Part shown: positions 48,641 to 57,302 of the stretch, piece after piece
How positions within the stretch are numbered: position 1 is the stretch's first letter
How the letters are laid out: the number at the start of each line of letters is the position of its first letter
Assembly (NCBI GenBank): GCA_963722655.1
Contig: CAVRNT010000002.1
Location: 7,461 to 71,460 of the forward strand
DNA: 64,000 bases
Direction: 5' to 3'
From: an uncultured bacterium
GTDB lineage: Bacteria; Patescibacteriota; Minisyncoccia; UBA6257; GWB1-50-10
Notes under the pieces: model-generated
Database searches by the model: none
Told to the model about the DNA's origin: nothing
What the model saw: the letters and a program-made list of their open reading frames with translations, nothing else
Program-made: the position numbers and the translations under genes

Positions 48641-48910
48641 ATGAGGCCGTTCATCTTCAAGGTTCAGGTCAGCGGCGAGAGCCTCTGGCCCGAACTCGTG
48701 CCCGGCCGCATCTACTGGGCGACCGGCCTTTTGGCCCCCAAAGCGGGGGATTATGCCGTCTTTCGAAGTCCCGACGAACCGGGTAAGTTCGTCGTGAAGA
48801 AGGTGAAAAGCGTCCAGGACGGGCTTTATGAGCTCGTCGGGACCGTTCCGTGGTCTTCGTCATACAAAGTGCCAAAAAGCCAGATTTTAGGCCGTCTTTT
48901 GGGCGTTTAG
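48641..48910 (+). CDS. sodX: Putative NiSOD maturation peptidase SodX (S26/S24-like)
   Basis: 89 aa, GESLWPEL (GDSM-like Ser motif) and downstream KKVK; placed by adjacency to sodN. Confidence 0.5.
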   Translation: MRPFIFKVQVSGESLWPELVPGRIYWATGLLAPKAGDYAVFRSPDEPGKFVVKKVKSVQDGLYELVGTVPWSSSYKVPKSQILGRLLGV

Positions 48911-48976
48911 CGGCTTGTTTTTGGAGGCCCGATTTGGTATAATTACATCAAGAAAAGGAGCCGAACGGCTATTTTT

Positions 48977-50926
48977 TTGCCCCGTATGCCCAAGGAGAAA
49001 AAAGAAGAAGAAAACAACATTACGAACGGCAGCGCCTCATACAGCGCGAAGGACATCTACGTCTTGGAGGGCTTGGAGCCGGTCCGCCGGCGCCCGGGAA
49101 TGTACATCGGCTCGACGGGCGTCGACGGCCTGCATCACCTGGTCTGGGAGATCGTGGACAACTCCATCGACGAGGCGATGGCCGGCTTCGCCAAGAACAT
49201 CAAGGTGGAACTCCTCAAGGACAACAAGGTGGCCGTCACGGACGACGGCCGCGGCATTCCGGTGGACATCCATCCCCAAACCAAGAAATCGGCCCTCGAG
49301 ACCGCGCTCTGCACGCTCCACGCGGGCGGCAAGTTCGGCGGCGAATCCTACAAGGTCTCGGGTGGCTTGCACGGCGTGGGCGTCTCCGTTGTGAACGCAC
49401 TCTCGGTCTGGATGAAAGCGGAGGTCAACAAGGATGGCGGGCTTTACGTCCAGGAGTACAAGCGCGGCAAACCGCAGTACAACGTCAAAAAGATCGCCAA
49501 GTCCGATACGACGGGTACGAAGATAATTTTCCAGCCCGACCCGGAGATATTCCAGACGATAGAGTTCGACCGCAAGAAGATCTTGGACCATCTGCGCCAG
49601 CAGGCCTATCTCACAAAGGGCATCCGGATAGAAGTTCTGGACGAGCGCGAGGAGAGACCGTTTTATTACGGCTTTTACTTCGACGGCGGTTTGAGCTCGT
49701 TTATCCATTATCTTTTGGACGACGAGCCGGTCCTTTTGGACGAGAACTTCTACGTCCACAAGGCCTCCGAAGGGATCGACGTCGAAGCGGTCTTCACCTA
49801 CGTGGACGACCAGGAAGCGAAGGAACTGTCCTTCGCGAACAACATTTATACCCCCGACGGCGGCATGCATTTGACCGGCCTCCGAGCCGCCCTCACGCGC
49901 ACCTTGAACGACTACGCCCGGAGCGAAGGATATTTGAAGGAGAGCGATGAGAACCTCACCGGCGACGACATCCGCGAGGGGATCGTGGCCATCGTCTCGG
50001 TGAAGATCCGCGAGCCCCAGTTCGAAGGCCAGACCAAGGCCCGTCTGGGGAATCCCGAGGCGCGCCCGGCCGTCGAGACGGTCGTCGCCGACGCCCTCAA
50101 GGAATTTTTGGAAAAGCACGGTAGTGAGGGCCGGAAGATGATCGAGAAGAACCTCTTGGCCGCGAAGGCCAGGAAGGCCGCGAAGGCGGCGAAAGACACC
50201 GTCCTCAGAAAAGGCGCCTTGGAAGGGCTCACGCTTCCGGGGAAGCTCGCCGACTGCTCATCACGCAAGGCCGAGGAATCGGAGCTCTACATCGTCGAGG
50301 GCGACAGCGCCGGCGGTTCCGCCAAGCAGGGCCGCGACCGCCGCTTCCAGGCCATTTTGCCCCTCCGCGGCAAGATAATGAACGTGGAGAAGTCCCGCAT
50401 CGACAAGATGCTCCTCAACAAGGAGATCCGCGCCTTGGTCGTCGCCTTGGGCACGGCCATTTCCGAGAACTTCGACATCACGAAGCTTCGCTACCACAAG
50501 ATCGTCATTATGACCGATGCCGACGTGGACGGCGCCCACATCCGGACCTTACTCCTCACGCTCTTTTACCGCTACTTCCCGAAGATCGTTGAGGACGGCT
50601 ATCTCTACATCGCCCAGCCGCCGCTCTTCCAGCTCCGCAAAGGCAAAGAGATGAGCTACGCCTACACCGATGCCGAGCGCGACAGGATCTTGAAGAAAAT
50701 GGGGGACGGCGTCACGATCCAGCGTTACAAGGGTTTAGGCGAGATGAACCCCTCTCAGCTTTGGGAAACGACGATGGATCCCGCAAAGCGCCTCTTCCTC
50801 AAGGTCACGGTGGACGACGCTCTGGAGGCCGACAAGCTCTTTGACGTATTGATGGGGGAGCTCGTGGAGCCACGCAAGAACTTCATCCAGGCCAACGCCG
50901 TTTACGCCAAGAACATAGATATATAA
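48977..50926 (+). CDS. gyrB: DNA gyrase subunit B (compact form lacking the large insert)
   Basis: GHKL ATPase motifs (VLEGLE..RRPGMYIGS, GLHGVG), TOPRIM EGDSAGGSAKQGRDRRFQAILPLRGKI, C-terminal PLF..KGLGEMNPSQLWETTMDP. Confidence 0.93.
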   Translation: MPRMPKEKKEEENNITNGSASYSAKDIYVLEGLEPVRRRPGMYIGSTGVDGLHHLVWEIVDNSIDEAMAGFAKNIKVELLKDNKVAVTDDGRGIPVDIHPQTKKSALETALCTLHAGGKFGGESYKVSGGLHGVGVSVVNALSVWMKAEVNKDGGLYVQEYKRGKPQYNVKKIAKSDTTGTKIIFQPDPEIFQTIEFDRKKILDHLRQQAYLTKGIRIEVLDEREERPFYYGFYFDGGLSSFIHYLLDDEPVLLDENFYVHKASEGIDVEAVFTYVDDQEAKELSFANNIYTPDGGMHLTGLRAALTRTLNDYARSEGYLKESDENLTGDDIREGIVAIVSVKIREPQFEGQTKARLGNPEARPAVETVVADALKEFLEKHGSEGRKMIEKNLLAAKARKAAKAAKDTVLRKGALEGLTLPGKLADCSSRKAEESELYIVEGDSAGGSAKQGRDRRFQAILPLRGKIMNVEKSRIDKMLLNKEIRALVVALGTAISENFDITKLRYHKIVIMTDADVDGAHIRTLLLTLFYRYFPKIVEDGYLYIAQPPLFQLRKGKEMSYAYTDAERDRILKKMGDGVTIQRYKGLGEMNPSQLWETTMDPAKRLFLKVTVDDALEADKLFDVLMGELVEPRKNFIQANAVYAKNIDI

Positions 50927-51058
50927 GGTCTTGCATTCTTTTTGGCAGTGTGGTAAGTTAGTATTAATTCCACAGACAGCGGGCGAACAATAAGACCCGC
51001 CGAGGAAAAGCCCTCAAGGCCTCTTTGTCTGCGGAAAACCGCGGATTTTTTCGTAAAT

Positions 51059-51559
51059 ATGAAGACTAAAGCCCAAAAAAAGGAACAAATAGACCTCGGT
51101 AAGAAAGCACTCGAAAAGAGCGAGACGATCGTCATCACCGATTTCACCGGCCTTTCGGCCAACGAACTAAACGCCTTCCGGCGGGCGGTGCGCGATATCG
51201 GCGGTGCAATGGTCGTTCTCAAAAAGCGCCTTTTGAAGCTGGTCTTAAAGGACAAGGGGCTGGACTTCGAACCTAAGAGCTTCACCGGCCAGACCGGCGT
51301 GGTCTTTTCGCCTAAGGATATGGTGGAAACGGCCGGCGCGGTCCACAAGTTTGGCAAACCCTTCGCCGCGAAGAACCTTTTCAAGATCTCCGGCGGCTTC
51401 GAGGTTAAGGAGAAGAAGTTCGTGGACGCCGAGATCGTCAAGCGGTACGGGGAGTTGCCGTCCCGCGAAGCGCTCCTCGGCCAGCTCGCCTTCATGCTCA
51501 CCGTCCCCATCAAGAAATTATTGTTTGTAATGAACGAGAAAACGAAAAAGGTCGTTTAG
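51059..51559 (+). CDS. rplJ: 50S ribosomal protein L10
   Basis: uL10 N-terminal domain; position before rplL. Confidence 0.88.
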   Translation: MKTKAQKKEQIDLGKKALEKSETIVITDFTGLSANELNAFRRAVRDIGGAMVVLKKRLLKLVLKDKGLDFEPKSFTGQTGVVFSPKDMVETAGAVHKFGKPFAAKNLFKISGGFEVKEKKFVDAEIVKRYGELPSREALLGQLAFMLTVPIKKLLFVMNEKTKKVV

Positions 51560-51572
51560 AATAAATAAAATC

Positions 51573-51944
51573 ATGTCTGAAAAATTCGATAAAATCATCT
51601 CCGAGGTCGAGAAGCTCTCCGTTTTGGAGCTCTCCGAGCTCGTGAAGGCCCTCGAAGAGAGGTTCGGCGTTTCCGCCGCGGCCATGGCTGTCGCTGGTCC
51701 GACTGCCAGTAACGGTGGCGCGGCCGAAGAGAAGACCGCCTGGAACGTGCTTCTCAAGGTCTCGGGCGACCAGAAGATCAATGTCATCAAGGCCATCCGC
51801 GAAGCGACCGGTCTCGGTCTCAAAGAGGCCAAAGACATCGCCGACGGCGCGCCGAAGGTAGTGAAGGAGGGCCTCAAAAAGGAAGACGCCGAGGAGCTTA
51901 AGAAAAAGCTCGAAGCGGTCGGCGCCACGGTCGAGCTTCAATAA
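51573..51944 (+). CDS. rplL: 50S ribosomal protein L7/L12
   Basis: N-terminal dimerisation helix, Ala-rich hinge, C-terminal domain [53 protein letters not shown]. Confidence 0.92.
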   Translation: MSEKFDKIISEVEKLSVLELSELVKALEERFGVSAAAMAVAGPTASNGGAAEEKTAWNVLLKVSGDQKINVIKAIREATGLGLKEAKDIADGAPKVVKEGLKKEDAEELKKKLEAVGATVELQ

Positions 51945-52094
51945 CCACGGTCAGTTTGCTATACTTAAACAGTCAGATGTTAACCAACCAGTCCATCATC
52001 GTCGTCGGTTTGTCTCTTATCCTCCTTACGGACGGGCGGGTGGTTGGTTTTCTCAAATAATGGACACAGACACCGATTAGAATAAAAAAGAAAA

Positions 52095-52130
52095 CAAGCC
52101 CTCCGCCCCAAGCGGAGGGCTTGTCGTTTC
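52095..52130 (+). terminator. Rho-independent terminator downstream of rplL
   Basis: CAAGCCCTCCGC-cccaa-GCGGAGGGCTTG 12-bp stem then TCGTTTCGT. Confidence 0.6.
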
Positions 52131-52217
52131 GTCTCCAAACGCAAGGGAAATCTGGCCTTTGGGTGTGGGGATAAGACGAACGTCACCCACAAGCCCTTTA
52201 ACAAAAAGGAGGGAAAT

Positions 52218-52409
52218 ATGGACCAGCGAGTCCAAGACAAAGAGAAACCGGTCGAGCAGGTGCTCCGCGTTTTCCATCAAACCAAGAAAAAGGCGGAAGT
52301 GCTCGTATCCGGCACAGGGAAACCGAAGAGGCTGTATGTCGAAAAACAAGGAGACAAATGGCAAGACCAATTCGGCAAACAACACAAACTGTTTTTCCCG
52401 GAGGCCTGA
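52218..52409 (+). CDS. Small basic hypothetical protein (63 aa)
   Basis: ORF preceded by GGAGG SD (AAAGGAGGGAAATATG); no family recognised. Confidence 0.25.
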   Translation: MDQRVQDKEKPVEQVLRVFHQTKKKAEVLVSGTGKPKRLYVEKQGDKWQDQFGKQHKLFFPEA

Positions 52410-52525
52410 AATGAATGAGTTTTAGGAGTGAAAACACCGCTCCGAGACAGCAACACCGTGGGGTGGCGCGACATGCCGCCCCTTTTTCTTGCCTCCTTAT
52501 GGATTTTTACGTATCCTAATGGCGA

Positions 52526-52597
52526 GGGCGTTTAGTTCAGTGGTAGAACGTTGCATTCACATTGCAAAGATCGCTGGTTCGATCCCAGCAACGCCCA
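52526..52597 (+). tRNA. tRNA-Val (anticodon CAC)
   Basis: Acceptor GGGCGTT/AACGCCC, anticodon stem TTGCA/TGCAA loop TTCACAT, T-arm GCTGG-TTCGATC-CCAGC, discriminator A; no encoded CCA. Confidence 0.85.
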
Positions 52598-52661
52598 CTA
52601 AAGTTGCCGAAAGCGACATATTTACCCCACTTAACGGTGGGGTTCCTGCTATACTTATCTC

Positions 52662-53399
52662 ATGAAACACAAAGAGGGGTTTTCGCAGATAGCGGTCATA
52701 TTGATCGCGATTGGGATAGTCGTAATCGGGGGAGCGATATGGTATTTTTCTTCGCGGGGACCTGCGGTTATACCTACTCCAATTTCTCAAAATGAAACCG
52801 AGGGTTGGCAGACATACACTACTAGCAGTTACGGCGGATTTTCATTTAAGTACCCGGCGAATCTCACGATTGCTTATAATGGATCAAATGATACATACAG
52901 CCCAATCGTATGGACGGTGGCATTCAGCGATGGAACGGACATAGAGTTAATAACGAAAGATGCGTGGCAGCAATTGGCTAGCTACGAAAAGAATACTATT
53001 TTAGTCTCACCGTCAAGCACATACCAGTTTAATTATCAGCAATTTGAAAGCCCAGATGGTTCAATGAGAGGCGCTTCATGTTTCGAGACGTCGGATGAGT
53101 CGGTTGGGCTACTAGATGCAAATTTTATTGTTGAGGCAATGGATATGAATGGGAATTACATCTTCGTCTCAAGTGTCGATTTGATAAGTGATCCAATGAC
53201 CGATCCGGCATTCAGTGCACTTGATAAACAATACTCGGAGTTATTCATGAGCACGTCAACGGATGCTAATATGAGAGCAGAGCAATTTAAGAATAACGAT
53301 ATCGTGAATTACTTCAACAGCCCTCAGGCACGCCAAGACGCATCGAGCACCGTAAAAGAAGTGGAGCAGATAGCATCCTCTGTGCATTTCAACCAGTAG
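52662..53399 (+). CDS. Membrane-anchored extracellular hypothetical protein (low GC)
   Basis: N-terminal TM IAVILIAIGIVVIGGAIWYF; remainder beta-rich, no motif. Confidence 0.45.
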   Translation: MKHKEGFSQIAVILIAIGIVVIGGAIWYFSSRGPAVIPTPISQNETEGWQTYTTSSYGGFSFKYPANLTIAYNGSNDTYSPIVWTVAFSDGTDIELITKDAWQQLASYEKNTILVSPSSTYQFNYQQFESPDGSMRGASCFETSDESVGLLDANFIVEAMDMNGNYIFVSSVDLISDPMTDPAFSALDKQYSELFMSTSTDANMRAEQFKNNDIVNYFNSPQARQDASSTVKEVEQIASSVHFNQ

Positions 53400-53433
53400 G
53401 GATCGAATGCATCAAGAGCCGTTCCATAATTAT

Positions 53434-53575
53434 CCCTTCCGTCATTTTCTCTCACCTTTCCCTGTGGATTTCTTTCTCGTACAATGACCATATGGCAGGG
53501 GAAGATGTAGGTCTTCGAAGATCTTCTCAAAGAAGAAAGTTCTAACATCCTCCACTAACCTCCACAAAAGTTGCC
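53434..53575 (+). repeat. Direct repeat copy 1 (about 140 bp, about 85% identical to 54545-54685), internally hairpin-forming
   Basis: Shared blocks CCCTTCCGTCATTTTCTC...TTTCTTTCTC...GGGGAAGATGTAG(G/A)TCTTCGAAG(A/G)TCTT..CAAAGAAGAAAGTTCTAACATCC(T)TCACTA..CTTCACA. Confidence 0.6.
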
Positions 53576-53591
53576 GCTTTAGTCATAAAAA

Positions 53592-53617
53592 CCCATCTTC
53601 TCGGATGGGCTTTTTTG
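53592..53617 (+). terminator. Rho-independent terminator following repeat copy 1
   Basis: CCCATC-ttctcg-GATGGG then CTTTTTT. Confidence 0.5.
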
Positions 53618-53706
53618 TGGGATAGTATAGGAATGAATCCCAGTAAAAAAATAAAAGTGCCGATCCTTATTAAGGACTATGTCTCTAATGCGGAAGCTGC
53701 GGTAAG

Positions 53707-54102
53707 GTGAAACCATTTTTAGCTGGTTCTGATCAACTGGAATACACCGAGGGCGACCTGCTTTACCGAGACGTCTACTACACCGGCAACGGCCTCTTCA
53801 TGGGCTTGGAGGTCGTACATCTCAAAGGGAAGCCGGTGCTTTCGATGTCTTACTACGGCAACTTCAAGAAGATGACCGAGGAAGAGGTTGACGGCGTTTT
53901 AAAACAAGCCCTACTTGCTACCGCTAACACTACCCGAATCTGGAAGCACGCGGAATGGGAGAAAGGGGAATACAAATACGTCTGCGAACCGGACTTTGAT
54001 GGTTCACTCGACGAGTTCGCTGGCCTGGAACAGATATCCAAGTCAAGTGAGAGTGTTTACCGCTTTTTCTATGCCGGCGGCTTATTAAACGAACTAGCGT
54101 GA
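53707..54102 (+). CDS. Hypothetical protein (131 aa)
   Basis: ORF in the repeat-bracketed cassette, 4-nt overlap with the next gene; start may be GTG; no family recognised. Confidence 0.4.
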   Translation: MKPFLAGSDQLEYTEGDLLYRDVYYTGNGLFMGLEVVHLKGKPVLSMSYYGNFKKMTEEEVDGVLKQALLATANTTRIWKHAEWEKGEYKYVCEPDFDGSLDEFAGLEQISKSSESVYRFFYAGGLLNELA

Positions 54103-54533
54103 AGATACTGTTCGTCTGCAAGGGCAATGTTGGTAGGAGCCAGATGGCTGAGGCGATTTTTAATAATCTCGCCAAGGGAAATCATCATGCCTATTCCGCA
54201 GGGACATGGGTCTATGATAAGGAAGGTAAGAGTCTAGAAGGGCAAAAGATAGAAGAGGTAGATGAGGCATTGGTTGTCATCAACTCCCTGAAAGAGCTGG
54301 GCATCGATGTTTCCAAGAAACAACGAAATCAGGTTACACCAGAAATGATCAGGGAAGCAGATAAAATTGTTGTTATGGCGGAAGAACACACTATTCCCGA
54401 CTTCCTAAGAATCAGCGATAAGGTCATCTACTGGGAAATTGAGAACCCTAAAGGTATGGACCAATTAGATACAAACAAGATACGTGATCAGATAGCTGAT
54501 CGTGTTAGAAAATTAGTGTCCGAGTTAGATTAG
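54099..54533 (+). CDS. Low-molecular-weight phosphotyrosine phosphatase / ArsC-like (LMW-PTP fold)
   Basis: P-loop ILFVCKGNVGRSQMAEA (CX5R-S), single Cys, later aspartate (DxxD) region; 144 aa. Confidence 0.7.
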   Translation: MKILFVCKGNVGRSQMAEAIFNNLAKGNHHAYSAGTWVYDKEGKSLEGQKIEEVDEALVVINSLKELGIDVSKKQRNQVTPEMIREADKIVVMAEEHTIPDFLRISDKVIYWEIENPKGMDQLDTNKIRDQIADRVRKLVSELD

Positions 54534-54544
54534 GTTATGAATTG

Positions 54545-54685
54545 CCCCTTCCGTCATTTTCTCCTACCTTTTCCTGTTAATTTCTTTCTCCTATGATTAC
54601 TCCATGGTAGGGGAAGATGTAGATCTTCGAAGGTCTTGTCAAAGAAGAAAGTTCTAACATCCTTCACTAGCCTTCACAATGGACA
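54545..54685 (+). repeat. Direct repeat copy 2 (overlaps truB start region)
   Basis: See copy 1; ends at the truB ATG (54679). Confidence 0.6.
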
Positions 54686-55329
54686 GGATATTCGCCGTTT
54701 GGAAGCCTAAGGGGCCGACGTCGCACGACATCGTGGACCAAATCCGGCGTGCGATGGGGGAATATCGGGTCGGCCATGCCGGCACGCTTGACCCGCTCGC
54801 GTCCGGCATCTTGGTTATCGCGACGGGTAAGAGTACCAAACTCCTAGGGCGACTCGTAGACAAGGACAAGGAGTACATTGCGAAAGTGAAGCTCGGCGAA
54901 TACAGCTCGACCGATGATACGGAAGGCGAGAAGACGCGAGTTAAAAACGCACCGAGACCAAAGAGATCGGGGGTCCTGAACGCCTTATCCAAATTCGTCG
55001 GTGAGATAGACCAAATACCTCCCACCTATAGTGCCGTGAAGATTGCTGGCCAAAGGGCCTACCAGCTCGCACGGGAGGGGAAGGCGCCAAATTTGAAACC
55101 CCGGCGCGTCTTAGTTAAGGAGATTAGACTCATCTCCTATAAATGGCCTTATCTTAAGTTTAGAGCGATGACCGGCCCAGGCGTTTACATCCGGGCTTTG
55201 GCCCGAGACATCGGCCAAATGCTTGGCAGCGGCGGATACCTGACGGAACTGAAGCGGGTTAGGGTTGGCGATTTTCGGAAAGGCGATTGTATATCCATAC
55301 AAGATTTGGTAAAATTAAAAGGTAAATAA
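54679..55329 (+). CDS. truB: tRNA pseudouridine-55 synthase
   Basis: GHAGTLDPLASGILVIATGKSTKL catalytic Asp motif, VWKPKGPTSHD N-terminus. Confidence 0.9.
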   Translation: MDRIFAVWKPKGPTSHDIVDQIRRAMGEYRVGHAGTLDPLASGILVIATGKSTKLLGRLVDKDKEYIAKVKLGEYSSTDDTEGEKTRVKNAPRPKRSGVLNALSKFVGEIDQIPPTYSAVKIAGQRAYQLAREGKAPNLKPRRVLVKEIRLISYKWPYLKFRAMTGPGVYIRALARDIGQMLGSGGYLTELKRVRVGDFRKGDCISIQDLVKLKGK

Positions 55330-55579
55330 AGATCGGCATCCCTTAGGAGATCCTGTGGCCGGCCTAAGGGAGTTGAACATATGGCCACAACCTCCCTCTT
55401 TTCTCCTGCCCCGGGCCTCTGTGCCCGGGGCACCCATTTTCGGAATGTTTTGAGAAAACGAAAATGAGTCGGTGGGGAAATGCAAGCTGTTGATAACCTC
55501 GGTCTAAAATCCAAGTAAATGAAAGGTTATTAAATGATGCTACTTTAAAAGGCGGCATTTTTAGCGTAACTAGAAGTGC

Positions 55580-55646
55580 TATAATTGTGTATGTAAGTGG
55601 GGAACAGTGGATAACTTTGGGGATAAGTCCCCAATCTGGGGATAAC
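55580..55646 (+). promoter_or_regulatory. Candidate mraZ promoter (-10 TATAAT 55580-55585) overlapped by TGGGGA(T/A)AA direct repeats (putative MraZ operator)
   Basis: TATAAT at 55580; repeats GTGGGGAA 55597, GTGGATAA 55607, TGGGGATAA 55618, TGGGGATAA 55637 at about 10-bp periodicity, 10-60 nt upstream of mraZ ATG. Confidence 0.45.
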
Positions 55647-55657
55647 CCAGAAAAACC

Positions 55658-56089
55658 ATGATATTAGGCGAGTTCAAACATAGCGTAGATCCTAAAGGCC
55701 GGTTGGCCCTGCCGGCCAAATTCCGCGAAAAGTTCCAGGCCGGCGCCATCATCACCCGTGGCTTGGACAAGTGCTTGTTCGTCTTCGGCTTGAACGAATG
55801 GGAGGCTCTGGTCCAGAAGCTCACGAATTTGCCCCTGGCCCAAGCGAACTCCCGCGCCTTCGTGCGCCTGATGCTTGCCGGGGCGAGCGACGTGAAGCTC
55901 GACGGGCAAGGGCGGATCCTCGTGCCGGACTATCTCCGCCATTACGCCGGCCTCTTGAAACAAGCGGTCATCACCGGATTATACAATCGGATGGAGATCT
56001 GGGACGAGGCGGAGTGGGAGACATACAAGCAGAGGACCGAATCCGCATCGGACGAGATCGCGGAAAAATTGGGGGAACTGGGGATCTGA
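55658..56089 (+). CDS. mraZ: Transcriptional regulator MraZ
   Basis: Duplicated DPKGRLxLP motifs (SVDPKGRLALPAKFRE; LDGQGRILVPDYLRHYA). Confidence 0.9.
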   Translation: MILGEFKHSVDPKGRLALPAKFREKFQAGAIITRGLDKCLFVFGLNEWEALVQKLTNLPLAQANSRAFVRLMLAGASDVKLDGQGRILVPDYLRHYAGLLKQAVITGLYNRMEIWDEAEWETYKQRTESASDEIAEKLGELGI

Positions 56090-56093
56090 TCCG

Positions 56094-56978
56094 ATGCCCC
56101 ACGTTCCCGTTCTTTTAAAGGAGGTTATTAAGGTGCTGGAGCCGAAACCGGGTGAGTTCTTCGTGGACGGCACCCTCGGGGCCGGCGGCCACGCCCGGGC
56201 GATCATCGAGAGGACCAAGGGTCGGGGGCTTTTCCTCGGCCTCGACTGGGACGAAAAGGCGCTCGAGGCTTTCCGCCCTGAAGTGGCGAGCCGCGGCAAT
56301 GTCATTCTGGCCCACGAGAACTACGCCCACATCCCGGAACTTTTGAAAAAACTGCAAACGCCGAAGATCGACGGCTTGGTCCTCGACCTCGGACTTTCTT
56401 CGGACCAGCTCGAGAGCTCCGGCCGAGGCTTCAGCTTCCTGCGGAGCGAGCCCTTGGACATGCGTTACGACCGGAGTGACGAGGAACGACCGACAGCGGC
56501 CCAGGTAGTGAACAGCTTCAGCGAGGATGCCCTCACGGACATTATCTTCAAGTACGGCGAGGAGCGCTTCGCCCGTCGCATCGCGAAGCGGATCGTGGAA
56601 CGAAGGCGCACGGCCAGAATAATGACGACCGAGGAACTGGTCCGGGCAATCGAAAGCGCCGTGCCGGTGAGCAGCCGAGGTCATTTACATCCTGCGACCA
56701 AGGCCTTCCAGGCCCTGCGGATCTATGTGAACAACGAACTCAAGAACCTCGAGACCATCCTCGCCGCCTTACCGGAGATAATGGCGGACGGCGGTCGGGT
56801 GGCCGTCATCTCCTTCCATTCGCTCGAGGACCGGCTCGTGAAGAACGCTTTCCGAGAACTGGCCGTCGCGAAAAAGGCCGACCTCGTGAACAAGAAGCCG
56901 ATCGCGCCCGGTCCGCCCGAGATCAAGGCGAATCCGCGGAGCCGTTCGGCGAAACTAAGGGCAATAAGATTCAAATAA
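56094..56978 (+). CDS. rsmH: 16S rRNA (cytosine1402-N4)-methyltransferase RsmH
   Basis: HVPVLLKEV, DGTLGAGGHA, DLGLSSDQL motifs. Confidence 0.92.
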   Translation: MPHVPVLLKEVIKVLEPKPGEFFVDGTLGAGGHARAIIERTKGRGLFLGLDWDEKALEAFRPEVASRGNVILAHENYAHIPELLKKLQTPKIDGLVLDLGLSSDQLESSGRGFSFLRSEPLDMRYDRSDEERPTAAQVVNSFSEDALTDIIFKYGEERFARRIAKRIVERRRTARIMTTEELVRAIESAVPVSSRGHLHPATKAFQALRIYVNNELKNLETILAALPEIMADGGRVAVISFHSLEDRLVKNAFRELAVAKKADLVNKKPIAPGPPEIKANPRSRSAKLRAIRFK

Positions 56979-56990
56979 CGATAAATAAAA

Positions 56991-57302
56991 ATGACCATCT
57001 TCAAACCAAATTTTCATAAAGGCTCGGTGAAATTCATCGTGCTGCTCTTCCTCACGCTGCTCGTCGGTGGCGTTTTCTACGTCATCGAGTATAATTCTTT
57101 GGTAAACGCCCGTTATCAAGTGAACTCATTGAAGGGACAGATTGCGTCCGCCCAAAGCTTGGGGACCCAGCTCCAGAACGGCCTTTACCAGGTGACGGAC
57201 CCGGTGAAGCTCGAAACGCTGGCCGCGAAATACTCATTGACGCTCGATAACCGGCCGCAATACTTGCTCGCCGCACAATGGGTTTCAGATTCATCTTTTT
57301 AA
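56991..57302 (+). CDS. ftsL: FtsL-like cell division protein
   Basis: 103 aa, single TM (FIVLLFLTLLVGGVFYVI) then coiled coil; canonical position between rsmH and ftsI. Confidence 0.55.
   Translation: MTIFKPNFHKGSVKFIVLLFLTLLVGGVFYVIEYNSLVNARYQVNSLKGQIASAQSLGTQLQNGLYQVTDPVKLETLAAKYSLTLDNRPQYLLAAQWVSDSSF

Noticed and set aside
49037-50119. 360-aa minus-strand ORF and 48915-49394 alternate-frame ORF within gyrB
   Set aside because: gyrB motifs are in the 48977 frame; the others are high-GC artefacts.
51961-52060. Possible long-range inverted repeat (AACCAACC...GGTTGGTT) right after rplL
   Set aside because: Arms are short and far apart; the clearer terminator at 52095-52130 was annotated instead.
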